Source: the human T2T-CHM13v2.0 reference genome, Homo sapiens
DNA: 64,000 nt
Direction: 5' to 3' (one strand)
Assembly (NCBI RefSeq): GCF_009914755.1
Contig: NC_060925.1
This document shows positions 53,720 through 64,000 of this stretch, one piece after another; position 1 is the first letter of the stretch, and each line of letters opens with the position of its first letter. Both the position numbers and the translations under genes were made by a program. The notes below the pieces were generated by a model. The model was not told the DNA's origin, did not search any database, and saw only the letters and a list, made by a program, of their open reading frames with translations.

Positions 53720-54299
53720 TGTCAGGTTCACAGCTACGCCATATGTCCTGCCTAGGATCAGGTTCGAGCCCCAGCTCTAGTTGTGTTTAGCAGCTCTCTC
53801 ATCAGCAGCTCTCTCATCAGCAGCTCTCTCACACTAGCTCTCTTACACTGTCCCCCTTTATCTTGGCTTTTTGCTCTGCCTCTGTGGCTCCTCTCAGCAG
53901 CCGGCTCCCGTGCATAGCTCTATGGCTGGCCTGCAAGGCCAGCTCTCTCTTGCAGTGTTAGCAGCTTAACTCTTTCTCTCTGGGGACGAGCTGGTTCCTG
54001 CCTGCCTTAAAGGAGCCTGGCTCTCCCTTACAGTGGTCAGTAGTATTACTCTCTCTCTCTGGGCACACGCAAGCCATGTCAAGCCATGCTATGCCATGCC
54101 AAACTGAGCCCCGTGCACAGTGTCGCAGAGCAGTTATACCTTCTACAGACAATAGTGGCTCAGAGCCAAGTATGAACTTACACAAACAGGTTATATAACA
54201 AGTAGAGTTGTGTGCCTGCGCATCAATCCCACTGAGTCATGCAGGCCTGGATGTCTGCCTCTGCCTATTCCTTGACCAAACACATCCATGTACCTTACA
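53720..54299 (-). mobile_element. LTR18 (A/B; ERVL HERVL18) solo LTR
   Basis: The minus strand begins tgtaaggtacatggatgtgtttggtcaaggaataggc, like the LTR18 consensus; TG...CA termini; TSD gacct/ggcct; internal 15-mer agcagctctctcatc x3 at 53789-53832. Confidence 0.85.
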
Positions 54300-55222
54300 G
54301 GCCTAAATTTGGAAAGAGTTTAATTTAGGGTGAGTAGAAGGAGTTGATAATATAGGTAGGGAAAGATTGCGATTCAGTGAAATTGAAATGAAACTATGGG
54401 ATTGGATGGTCAAGGGTAGATGTTCATGCCTCAGGCTGTTATTTTCAATTAGGAAGTCAGCAAGCAAGTTGGAGATGAGTTTAGAAGGTGGAACAAAGCA
54501 AGAAAATTAACTGGTCCCCAAATTCTGAGTTAGGGCTGTTTCAAGTCTGCTGCTCACCTCCCAGGTGCAGGGAGGGCCACTGAGAACAATTCTGAGTGGT
54601 GTAACCCACTAGTAGGGTGTGGCAGCTGGAGCAGGTGGAAGCAAAGAGCTGAGGTGGGGGCCTCTGCATGTCAGTGCCTGAATCTCCTAGCCCTCCTAAT
54701 GCTTCAGCTCTTGATTGGTTTTCTTGATGTTGGGTGGTGATAGTCTCATTTAATCTAAAACTCAAGTTTATTATTTAGTAATCTGCAGTTCAAATTATAC
54801 ATTTTATATTATCTGAAGTATAATAAAATCAATCACGTAGCTTTGAATGTGAAAGTACGCATTCAAAATAACATTGAAATTCTATTGTGTGCTTTGTGGC
54901 ATTGAGTATTTTCTTTACAAACTTTCAGTTTAGTTGTTGGAAACCCAGATACCACAAGATAGCATCTACATCAACTTGCAGTCTTCACTGATTGCTAAAG
55001 ATAAGGTATATTTTTAAAGTGGGGGGGAAATAAGCTTTCAAAACAAAAATGATTATTTTAAAAATCAATTTCTACATTTACCAAAGCAGTCAACATGTGT
55101 TCCTAGTTCATTTAACATTTTCATTTTTAAAATTCTATGGGTAACGTGATTTTTCATAACTAATGTGTAGCTGGATTCTATAGTATTGTTTTCAACAAGA
55201 ATGAACACATGTAGAAAAATCT

Positions 55223-55420
55223 AGAGTGGGACTTCTCAAACTTTAGCATACATAAAGATCACCTGAAGAGCTTGTTAAGACACAGATTTATTGGCCCCTT
55301 CTCAGAGATGCCTATTGAAGTTAGTTGGGGCCCAAGAATTTGCATTTTTAACCAAGCTCGCAGATGATGCTGATGCTGATACCACTGGTGCTGAGGCTGG
55401 GAAACACACTTTGAATCACC
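55223..55420. mobile_element. MER5A (hAT-Charlie) DNA transposon
   Basis: cttctcaaacttt...atcacctg...gcttgttaa...ggggcccaagaatttgcatttttaac...gatgctgatgctg. Confidence 0.8.
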
Positions 55421-55883
55421 CAGGCAATTCCTTTCCAAATAAGGCCAAATCTGAACATTTCAATTACACTTTAAAAGGTGTAATTTTTCTGTCCCCTCTG
55501 GATGACCATATAGACTTAAATATCTATTTATACAGATGCTTCTTATATGTCTGCTTGAAAACTCAGAAGGTATAGTGGGAGGGGCTGAGAGAGAAGTAAA
55601 AGATATATTGGAGAAGAATTGAGATTGGGCTAAAGGGGAATGATACTATCTGAGGGATTAGTCTAGCATAAGTGAAGAGAGGGAAGAGAATAAAGCCAAA
55701 TTCAAATACTGTTTTCACCACCCCAATTTATTAGTATAAAATGTTACCTGGGGATCATATAGTTTCTCCTTCAAGTTTTGCTTCTCTATTATTATCCCAA
55801 AGTTTTTAAAGCTGTCAGAAAATTAGCATGATTTAGAAAAGACTGTTGCCCATTTTTCTCCCTTTGTTGCAATCCTTTGTTAG

Positions 55884-56071
55884 TGCCGCCAATTATCAAG
55901 GGAGCAAATAGTGATCTCCCTGAAGAGGTCACCGTGCTGGTGAACAAGAGTGCACTGATAGGGTGTTTATCCAGTGGCAGCCCAGCACCAAGGAATTCCT
56001 GGCAGAAAGATGGACAGCCCTTGCTAGAAGATGACCATCATAAATTTCTATCTAATGGACGAATTCTGCAG
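55884..56071 (+). CDS. HMCN1: Coding exon (~56), 188 nt, phase 1-0
   Basis: tgttag|tgccgcca...ctgcag|gtaaaa; PPIIKGANSDLPEEVTVLVNKSALIGCLSSGSPAPRNSWQKDGQPLLEDDHHKFLSNGRILQ. Confidence 0.93.
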
Positions 56072-56889
56072 GTAAAAGTAAAGAAAGATCTAATTTTAAA
56101 AGAGCTATTTGACTTTGCACTTTGTAATAATTGTTTTTGACTTTTAAAAATAATTTTTATTAGCTTGTAAATATTATATTTGTAAAAATAACCAACCATC
56201 AAAGGTATATATAATAAAATTCTTCTTCCTCATTCTATTCCCACTACCAGAGGTTACCACTGTTAATAGTTTTGTGTGGATTTTTCCAGAAATGTTCTAC
56301 ACACACCTCAATTGACTACAATATGGCCTTTCTGATAAAAATTGTATTATAAACAAATCATTATTGCAGTCCTTTCCATTATATATTTCTGTTGGTAAAA
56401 TTCTAAATGGTAGGAAGTTCCCTATATATTTAAATTTGTATGTAGGCAAAAGGTTGATAATAATAAAAATTATGAAAATCACATACATATCCTGGATTGT
56501 TGTTTACCAATGGTGTGTCCATATTCTTCTTTTCACATGTCCTGAAAGAAAAGCACTTGTAGAAATAATACCAATTCTTTTGTTAGGATACAATTTGATA
56601 AATTACTTCTTGAGCAAAATAAATAATATTCTATTGGCTCAAGAATCCAAGCATAACCTTCAGTGTATCCAACATAGGACATATCTCATGGAATTCCTTA
56701 TTCAAAAGAGAAAGAGGTTTATTACTTATAAATAACCTTAAATTTTCAAAGTATCTTCTAAATATTGTGACTATTTCTATGTGATAATCATATAACCTCT
56801 ACCAAAATACTTCAATGGTTCTGTGTCCAAGTCCAAAAGATATATAGTTGGATAGAAATTTCTATGTAATAAAATGAAGAAAACATAAT

Positions 56890-57328
56890 TGTTATATTAG
56901 CTGCATAAAACAAACCACTCCAAAACTTAATGACTTGAAACAGTAAGCATTTATTTAGCTCACAAGCCTGCTGGTTTGCTAGATGATTCTTCCGGATGTG
57001 GCCTTGGCTGGGATCGCACACATATCTGGGGCCTAAGTTGCAATAAACTGTGATGATTCCTCCCCAAGTGATCTCTACCCTCCAGCAGGCTAATCCTGGC
57101 TTCCTCACATGGTGCTGGCAGAGTTCCAAAAGAGTGAGCACGAGTGAACAGGCTTCAGTTTTGAAATGACAGTCACTTCCGTCACGCTCTGTTGACCAAA
57201 GCCAGTCACAAGACCAACACAAATTCTACTTCCTGATGGGAGGGGTGTCAAAGTCACAATGCCAGAGGCAGAGAGAGAGAAATGGGAGAATAATTTGGGA
57301 CATTTTTTTTCTAGTCAACATACCACAA
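56890..57328 (-). mobile_element. Old MLT1 (G/H/I-like) LTR
   Basis: gctgcataaaacaaaccactccaaaacttaatgacttgaaaca...ttgaccaaagccagtcacaagacc. Confidence 0.7.
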
Positions 57329-57541
57329 ATATGTATAGAATTACCTCTCCTGATTAAAAATCTTAGTAAATATTTATTTGATTTACCTAATAAAAGCTAG
57401 CATCAGCACTAGTATGTACAACATTTTTTTCTATCTGGTATTAAATAGAAATAATATATATTATTTATTCTAAAAAATAGACAAATATGACAAGTTGCTT
57501 TATTCAAAATTTTATTTGGAATTTCTTCATTTTTCCCTTAG

Positions 57542-57638
57542 ATTCTGAATACTCAAATAACAGATATCGGCAGGTATGTGTGTGTTGCTGAGAACACAGC
57601 TGGGAGTGCCAAAAAATATTTTAACCTCAATGTTCATG
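57542..57638 (+). CDS. HMCN1: Coding exon (~57), 97 nt, phase 0-1
   Basis: ccttag|attctg...catg|gtaaga; ILNTQITDIGRYVCVAENTAGSAKKYFNLNVH. Confidence 0.93.
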
Positions 57639-59459
57639 GTAAGAGCTCAGTTCCAAAACCATCTGTTAGGGTATGCTTGGAAAAGCAGAAAATTTCTGTT
57701 TTAGATTATGTAGGCTTATTTTGTATTTTTTAACTTAAACAATGTGAGGAGCCTATACTCATTCAATCCCCTCTCTTCTTTCTTTCCACGATGGCTAGTA
57801 GGATTTATAAAGCATAAAACTTCCAGGAACACAGTTTTTATATTACTTCAGTGTCTCAAGAGAAAATAACTACTCCTGCATATTTGAAAGGAAAATCAGA
57901 ATTTAAAATATTAATGATTACAAGTTTATGAAGTTAGAAGCAAATACAGGTCTCCTACTCATAAAAATCTATCCACTAGTCATGATTGGAATTGGTTTCT
58001 GTCCTTAAGTGCAGAATTCATGTTGAGCTATGTCCTCTAGTAACTAATATACTCCCTGGAGAAGAAAAAGTCACTTTGTGGAGTTAAATAATTCCTTTAA
58101 AACCACCAGCACACCTAATTCATTCATCAAACTCTTTTAAATACATGCTAGACACTCCATAAATACCACTTTTTGCTAAAAAAAAAAAAAAAAAAGTAGT
58201 TGAATATCTACTGCAAAAGAGTAGTTTTATTTTGTGAGATGCTGGTGCCTCCAGAATATTAACTTGGAAATGGTGGATAATCATTATAAAAGATCTCCTT
58301 TACATACATAATACACACATAAAATTCTAGCTCATTTTGGAAGTAACTGAAATTTGAAATGTCATGAAAAATTTCTGCCTTCTAAAGGACTTTTATGTAG
58401 TATGATAAATATTCTTCTTTGGTGTGATATGTAGTGAGTATTGGTATCTAGCAGTATTTGGTGTTTGTGTAATAGATATTTAAAACACTTTTATCTTTTT
58501 AATTCCCGTTCTTAGCACAGTGAGTAACACACTGTAGATGCTTAATAAGTGTCCTTGAAGTTTTTTGAATGGATAAATCTAACCAGAGCAGGAACACATG
58601 TGTTATGAATTCTCAGGAAGAATGAATTAATTAAACAAACATAATCATTGTGAAAGCACACATTCTAATCTGTAAAGTGCAGTAAATATTGGAAAATAAA
58701 ATACTGATTAGTTTTCCTGATTGCTCAAGGCAAAATTCATTTTTCCTTCTCTATGTCAGAAAAGCATCTTGTAAATACCCCAATTGTAGCAGTTCCATAT
58801 GTTGCCTTGTGTTATCTTCATATATCTGTATCTATGCCTCTATCCCATAACTTTATTGTAAGTGCTCTAGACAGATGGCCATATCTTACTTATCTTGGTC
58901 TCCCTAAACCTAGAATGGTGTCTATAGTTGTGGTAGTTGCTAAATAAATGTTTTCTGCATGTTTATTATATTTTCTTCATAATCATTGCCTCTTTGCAAT
59001 GTACAGTAGAAACACCTGAAGTGGGACAGTGACTTGTGAGGAAGTAATCACTAGTGTTTTACCAATAAGGATTGGAGTTCAGAAATGTGTTTCTTCTTTC
59101 ACCAGTTAATGATGTCTTGAGTTCCTGACTGCAATCAGGAACTCATTACTTAAATGTTGGAAAATTCATTTGAGGGGAAATAATGTAAATTATTTTCATG
59201 TAAAACAATACCATTTGTTATCTCCCTCTACAACTCTGCTTGCTTCTTTTGTACTCCTTCAGTCTGTTGGCATCTTAGGTTTTAGCTCTTTTCACTTTCC
59301 TTCATGGCCAGCTTAATTTTTGTGGAACAGCATTTCAGTCACTTCTCTTAGCCCATATCTTCTCATCACTCTTGCTCAGTAAAAGCTGAGCAACATATAA
59401 CATATGTTATATGTCCTTGTTGCATATAACAACAAGGACAACAAACTGACTGCTTGAAA

Positions 59460-59680
59460 CCTACCAGGTGCTGTGCCAAATGTTTTATATAGGTTATTTC
59501 ACTTCATTATCTCAATAACCATATGTGCTTGCTACCATTTTATGCCTCCCCTGGAGGTGAAAAAGGCGAGGCTCGGTGAGATTAAGTAACATGCTCAAAA
59601 TTACACAGCTTGCAAATGCTGCACCAGGATTTCAATGTAGGCAGTTTATTCCATAAGTTTTATACCTGCTTCTCTCTAAT
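59460..59680 (-). mobile_element. MIR fragment
   Basis: ccaggtgctgtgccaa...gaggctcggtgagattaagtaacatgctcaa..ttacacagct. Confidence 0.7.
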
Positions 59681-59896
59681 GCCTCTCACTAAATTCCACA
59701 TCTGTACGCTACCTGCACTTAGGTAGCTCACCATGGCTGAAGGAAATCTTGAAGGCAGGAATATTGATGTCATTATAAATTCATAGTACCAGCTTGAACT
59801 GAGCCCTCCATACTGATTGCGACTTGTCGTTTTGTGTCTACACTATAGTGATTCTCTTAAACCTTCACGCCCTCCTCAAAAATATCAAGTGGCCAC

Positions 59897-60271
59897 TGTC
59901 TTGGTCTGCTCAGGCTGCTTTAACACGACCAGAGACTGTGTGGCTTAAAGAACAGAAATTTATTTTCCCAAAGTTCTGGTGGCCGGAAAGTCCAAGATCA
60001 AGGTGCTGGCAGGGTTTGGTGTCTGGAGAAGGCTGTCCACCTGGTTTGCAGGCACCTGCTTTGTCTTCATATGGCCTGACATAGCCTTTCTTCTGAGCAT
60101 GCTTGGTGAGAGAGAGCCAGTTCTCTGGTGGCTCTTGTTAAGGACACTAATCCTAAGGAATCATTTGACCTTAATTGCTTCCTTAAAGGCCTCATCTTCA
60201 AATACAGCCACACTGGGACTTAGGGCTTCAACACATGAATTTGCGGGGACAGAAACATTCAGTTCATAACA
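59897..60271 (-). mobile_element. MLT1A/B-like MaLR solo LTR
   Basis: tgtcttggtctgctcaggctgc...aagtccaagatcaaggtgctggcag...acattcagttcataaca; TSD gccac/gcccc. Confidence 0.85.
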
Positions 60272-60922
60272 GCCCCCTCTCACTTTCTCTCAGTAAGTAT
60301 TAACACTTTCACCTTCTCTTTTGCAGGGAAAAGAGAAAGCATATTCTAGAAATCCACCTCAAATTCCTACCATCAAATCGAGAGTACTGACCACATCTGT
60401 TCCTGCCATTTCTTTCTTCCTTCTTGTTTAAATAAGAGAAATGCATTGCTCTACCTTCCAAAGGCCGAAGTCTAACCTGACTCTAGATCCCTGCCCCATT
60501 ATCTCCTAAAAAATCTCCTCCTGTCTCTTTAATATTGAAATTCTCACTATTATCTCCTTCTCTACAGCACTTAAGTAAAAATAAAATATTAACAAGATTA
60601 TTCAAATATACTTAATAAAAAGCACATTAGGTCTCCTTTGTACATTGACAAAATCGTCTTAGGAATTGTCGACTATGTTTTACAAATAAAATGCAGAATA
60701 ATTCTGTCTCTGAAAATTCTAATGCTCTCTTTCAATTGGGAAAAATAAACTCCAACGTGAGTTTGATGAAGGCATTAGGGAATTGTAAGACAGACAGCTA
60801 GATAATGAACAGAATCGTTAACTCAGTCCTTTAGCAGAGTACAGTGGTTGGATTTATATTTAGTAAATGGGAATATATGTTGATAACACCTGCTTTCACT
60901 TTTAATATATTTACTATTATAG

Positions 60923-61084
60923 TTCCTCCAAGTGTCATTGGTCCTAAATCTGAAAATCTTACCGTCGTGGTGAACAATTTCATCTCTTTGACCTGTGAGG
61001 TCTCTGGTTTTCCACCTCCTGACCTCAGCTGGCTCAAGAATGAACAGCCCATCAAACTGAACACAAATACTCTCATTGTGCCTG
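60923..61084 (+). CDS. HMCN1: Coding exon (~58), 162 nt, phase 1-1
   Basis: ttatag|ttcctcca...cctg|gtaagg; PPSVIGPKSENLTVVVNNFISLTCEVSGFPPPDLSWLKNEQPIKLNTNTLIVP. Confidence 0.93.
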
Positions 61085-61420
61085 GTAAGGAACTTCTTAT
61101 TATAAAGCAGGCAAAATTTTCTCATCTTTATTTTAATACAAACAGCATTTCAAATTAGTGTATTTCCAAACTTTTGTCGTGCTTCATTTATTTATTCACA
61201 GTAAATGCCTCTCTTTGCCCATTTGTGGTCATTAAGGTAAGATTTTGTAGACTTCTCTGATTTTAGTGGGAATGTACAAATAACAAGGTCTCCTTCAAGA
61301 AATGATAAAATTTAGAAAGAGAACAGCTTAGAACGGCCTAGTAATACCAAGTGGTAGATGGCAAATAGTACTTTCATTGGATACATCTGCTGGTTGTTTT
61401 TAATCCTAAAGTTCCGTAAG

Positions 61421-61491
61421 GATAGATGATAGACATAGATAGATAGATAGGTAGATAGATAGATAGATAGATGATAGATAGATAGATAGAT

Positions 61492-61542
<51 letters not shown>
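61421..61542 (+). repeat. Complex (GATA)n tetranucleotide STR
   Basis: About 120 bp of GATA units with GAT, CATA and GGTA interruptions. Confidence 0.95.
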
Positions 61543-61889
61543 TAGACACCTCGGCATTGTGGGAAATTTAAACCCAGAAAACACTTAATATATTTTGACC
61601 ATAGTACAATTACTATTTGCTCACCAGAGCCTGTATCAAACAGTTTTACTGTCCATGTTTTGATGCTGGAGAGAAAAATTCTATGAATCTCTTCCTTTAT
61701 AAGGAACTAGGTGAATAATAAAGGAAAGATCAAAGAAAACTGATCCAATTATTTTATTTTAAATAGGAAGGCTTCTCTATAAATTTTACTCTAAGGGGAA
61801 GGATATATGTTGCTATTTATCTGATTGGTAAAATAGTTGTTAGAACAACCTGTATACCACTCTACAATTTGCATTCTATTTACCTACAG

Positions 61890-62003
61890 GTGGTCGAACT
61901 CTACAGATTATTCGGGCCAAGGTATCAGATGGTGGTGAATACACTTGTATAGCTATCAATCAAGCTGGCGAAAGCAAGAAAAAGTTTTCCCTGACTGTTT
62001 ATG
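61890..62003 (+). CDS. HMCN1: Coding exon (~59), 114 nt, phase 1-1
   Basis: ctacag|gtggtcga...tatg|gttcgt; GRTLQIIRAKVSDGGEYTCIAINQAGESKKKFSLTVY. Confidence 0.92.
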
Positions 62004-62115
62004 GTTCGTTTTTACTCTCTTCATAAAATTCTTTTATTTTAAAACTGGTATTCAATATTTTCTATCTGAGCACCTTAATGAAAAAGAAAATCCTTCTGTT
62101 ATTTTCTTCCCTCAG

Positions 62116-62318
62116 TGCCCCCAAGCATTAAAGACCATGACAGTGAATCTCTTTCTGTAGTTAATGTAAGAGAGGGAACTTCTGTGTCTTTGGAGTGTGA
62201 GTCGAACGCTGTGCCACCTCCAGTCATCACTTGGTATAAGAATGGGCGGATGATAACAGAGTCTACTCATGTGGAGATTTTAGCTGATGGACAAATGCTA
62301 CACATTAAGAAAGCTGAG
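62116..62318 (+). CDS. HMCN1: Coding exon (~60), 203 nt, phase 1-0
   Basis: cctcag|tgccccca...gctgag|gtgcat; PPSIKDHDSESLSVVNVREGTSVSLECESNAVPPPVITWYKNGRMITESTHVEILADGQMLHIKKAE. Confidence 0.92.
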
Positions 62319-62604
62319 GTGCATCTTTTATTCTTGTTTGAGTGTCATGACACCTTGGTGGGGTGGTGGAAAAGATGCTTGGAAGTTGCATATTCCCTTT
62401 TACTACAGTGAAAAATGATTTTCATTAAAAAAATACATAGCCAATGCCATTGACTATTTTTATAAAAAATAGCAAGATTGCAGAAGGCAATTAGAACTGG
62501 GGCATTGAGCATACAGATGACTGATGATTTAATCTAAACTCGAACAGTATGATTGGTCATCTATAACTTAATGGAGCACATACAATAGTATCTTTTTCTT
62601 TTAG

Positions 62605-62686
62605 GTATCTGACACAGGCCAGTATGTATGTAGAGCTATAAATGTAGCAGGACGGGATGATAAAAATTTCCACCTCAATGTATATG
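62605..62686 (+). CDS. HMCN1: Coding exon (~61), 82 nt, phase 0-1
   Basis: ttttag|gtatct...tatg|gtgagc; VSDTGQYVCRAINVAGRDDKNFHLNVY. Confidence 0.92.
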
Positions 62687-62787
62687 GTGAGCATTTGCCT
62701 CTAATACAACTCTTTTTCCCCTAGATATGCAAATGAAAAAAGTGTTCCAAATTAGCTTAATGAGGACAAATGATTTTCTTCTGTTTT

Positions 62788-62811
62788 TTTGTTTGTTTGT
62801 TTGTTTGTTTT
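62788..62811 (+). repeat. (TTTG)n forming the polypyrimidine tract of the exon at 62818
   Basis: Direct reading. Confidence 0.85.
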
Positions 62812-62817
62812 TTACAG

Positions 62818-62949
62818 TGCCACCCAGTATTGAAGGACCTGAAAGAGAAGTGATTGTGGAGACGATCAGCAATCCTGTGACATTAACATGTGATGCCACT
62901 GGGATCCCACCTCCCACGATAGCATGGTTAAAGAACCACAAGCGCATAG
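62818..62949 (+). CDS. HMCN1: Coding exon (~62), 132 nt, phase 1-1
   Basis: ttacag|tgccaccc...atag|gtaagg; PPSIEGPEREVIVETISNPVTLTCDATGIPPPTIAWLKNHKRI. Confidence 0.93.
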
Positions 62950-63278
62950 GTAAGGCAACCATGCATTTTTGTGTGTGTGTGTGTTTTTTTCTCTTGCTCT
63001 TAATTCACTAGACTTTTAAACTAGCACATTTTAAGTACCATGCTCATAGGGGTGTTTAGTTCAAGAAGGCTAACGCACTGAAATACAGATTTACAAAATA
63101 GACTCATTGTAAAATGATTAGTCATTTTATAAAGAATTTTTTCTTTTTTAAAAAAGAAAATGGAGAACTTTTAAGAAATGCATTTATCACGTAAAGTAAG
63201 ACATTTTATCATGAATTTTAGAGATGTTAAAGTTTAAAGGTTTTTTTATGTTTTATTGTGCTTTGTTTCTACCTCTAG

Positions 63279-63428
63279 AAAATTCTGACTCACTGGAAGT
63301 TCGTATTTTGTCTGGAGGTAGCAAACTCCAGATTGCCCGGTCTCAGCATTCAGATAGTGGAAACTATACATGTATTGCTTCAAATATGGAGGGAAAAGCC
63401 CAGAAATATTACTTTCTTTCAATTCAAG
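63279..63428 (+). CDS. HMCN1: Coding exon (~63), 150 nt, phase 1-1
   Basis: ctctag|aaaattct...caag|gtatgt; NSDSLEVRILSGGSKLQIARSQHSDSGNYTCIASNMEGKAQKYYFLSIQ. Confidence 0.93.
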
Positions 63429-64000
63429 GTATGTATTGTCCACTATGATCTATCTTCAATTTCTTTGTTATTCCATTTATAGTACAAAATAATCTACATT
63501 TAAAGGTATCAGTAGTAATTGATTCAACATATCTTTAGATCATCAAAAACTATCATCAGTTTTCTGTCTTATATTTACCAGTAGATTCTGTTTTCATGGA
63601 AATGGACATAAATGTGGAAAAAAGAATAGTGGAAATTTGGTAATCTCTACTTTTTCCAATTTTCCATTTCCACTTCCATTATTATCTTTCTATAGTATAT
63701 ATCTATGGAGTTATACTTATTTTAAACTGGTATAATTCATTTTGATGGTAAGCCTATAGATCTGTTCTTACTTGTATAGATAAGATTTAATTCACAAAGA
63801 AGTTGTACTATGATCTGACCGCAGGTAGATTAGGTAAATTTTAATGAATGATGAATCTTATACTATTTTAAGATGAGCAATTCATCAAGTATTTAATTAA
63901 TGCCTATTATGTTCCAACATAGTATTAAGCATTGCAGGGACAACTTGTTTTCTTTTGATTTTCAGTAAACCTCTGATTATTACATTTGGCTCAGTATTGA

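Noticed and set aside
61312-61584. Low-complexity ORFs (YLSI repeats; also 37997-38294 and 7711-7928)
   Set aside because: They arise from the GATA, GGAA and CA microsatellites.

Overview
This is AT-rich, repeat-laden primate (most likely human) genomic DNA lying entirely inside HMCN1 (hemicentin-1/fibulin-6) on the + strand. I resolved 27 coding exons between 12623 and 63428. They splice into one uninterrupted 3978-nt frame (1326 codons) encoding 14 consecutive I-set Ig domains, each bounded by phase-1 introns. By recalled numbering these are about exons 37-63, c.5750-9727; the numbering needs checking. One intron must be GC-AG. The introns hold Alu, L1, L2, L3/CR1, MIR, MaLR (THE1/MST/MLT1), LTR18, MER2, MER5A and MADE1 remnants plus microsatellites; subfamily names and boundaries of old repeats are by-eye calls. 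There is no prokaryotic system, CRISPR array or RNA gene. The most notable patterns are: (1) a two-domain A/B super-repeat seen in both exon lengths and protein motifs; (2) inverted Alus bracketing a 555-nt, stop-free, frame-preserving exon block that could form an 'endless ORF' circRNA; (3) a (GGAA)13 microsatellite; (4) a four-layer nested transposon; (5) an antisense LTR18 retaining bZIP motifs; (6) a 209-bp tandem duplication; (7) several compact palindrome or hairpin structures; and (8) a haplotype apparently carrying Thr2418 and Gly2893. None of these is demonstrated to be a new system; they are leads.
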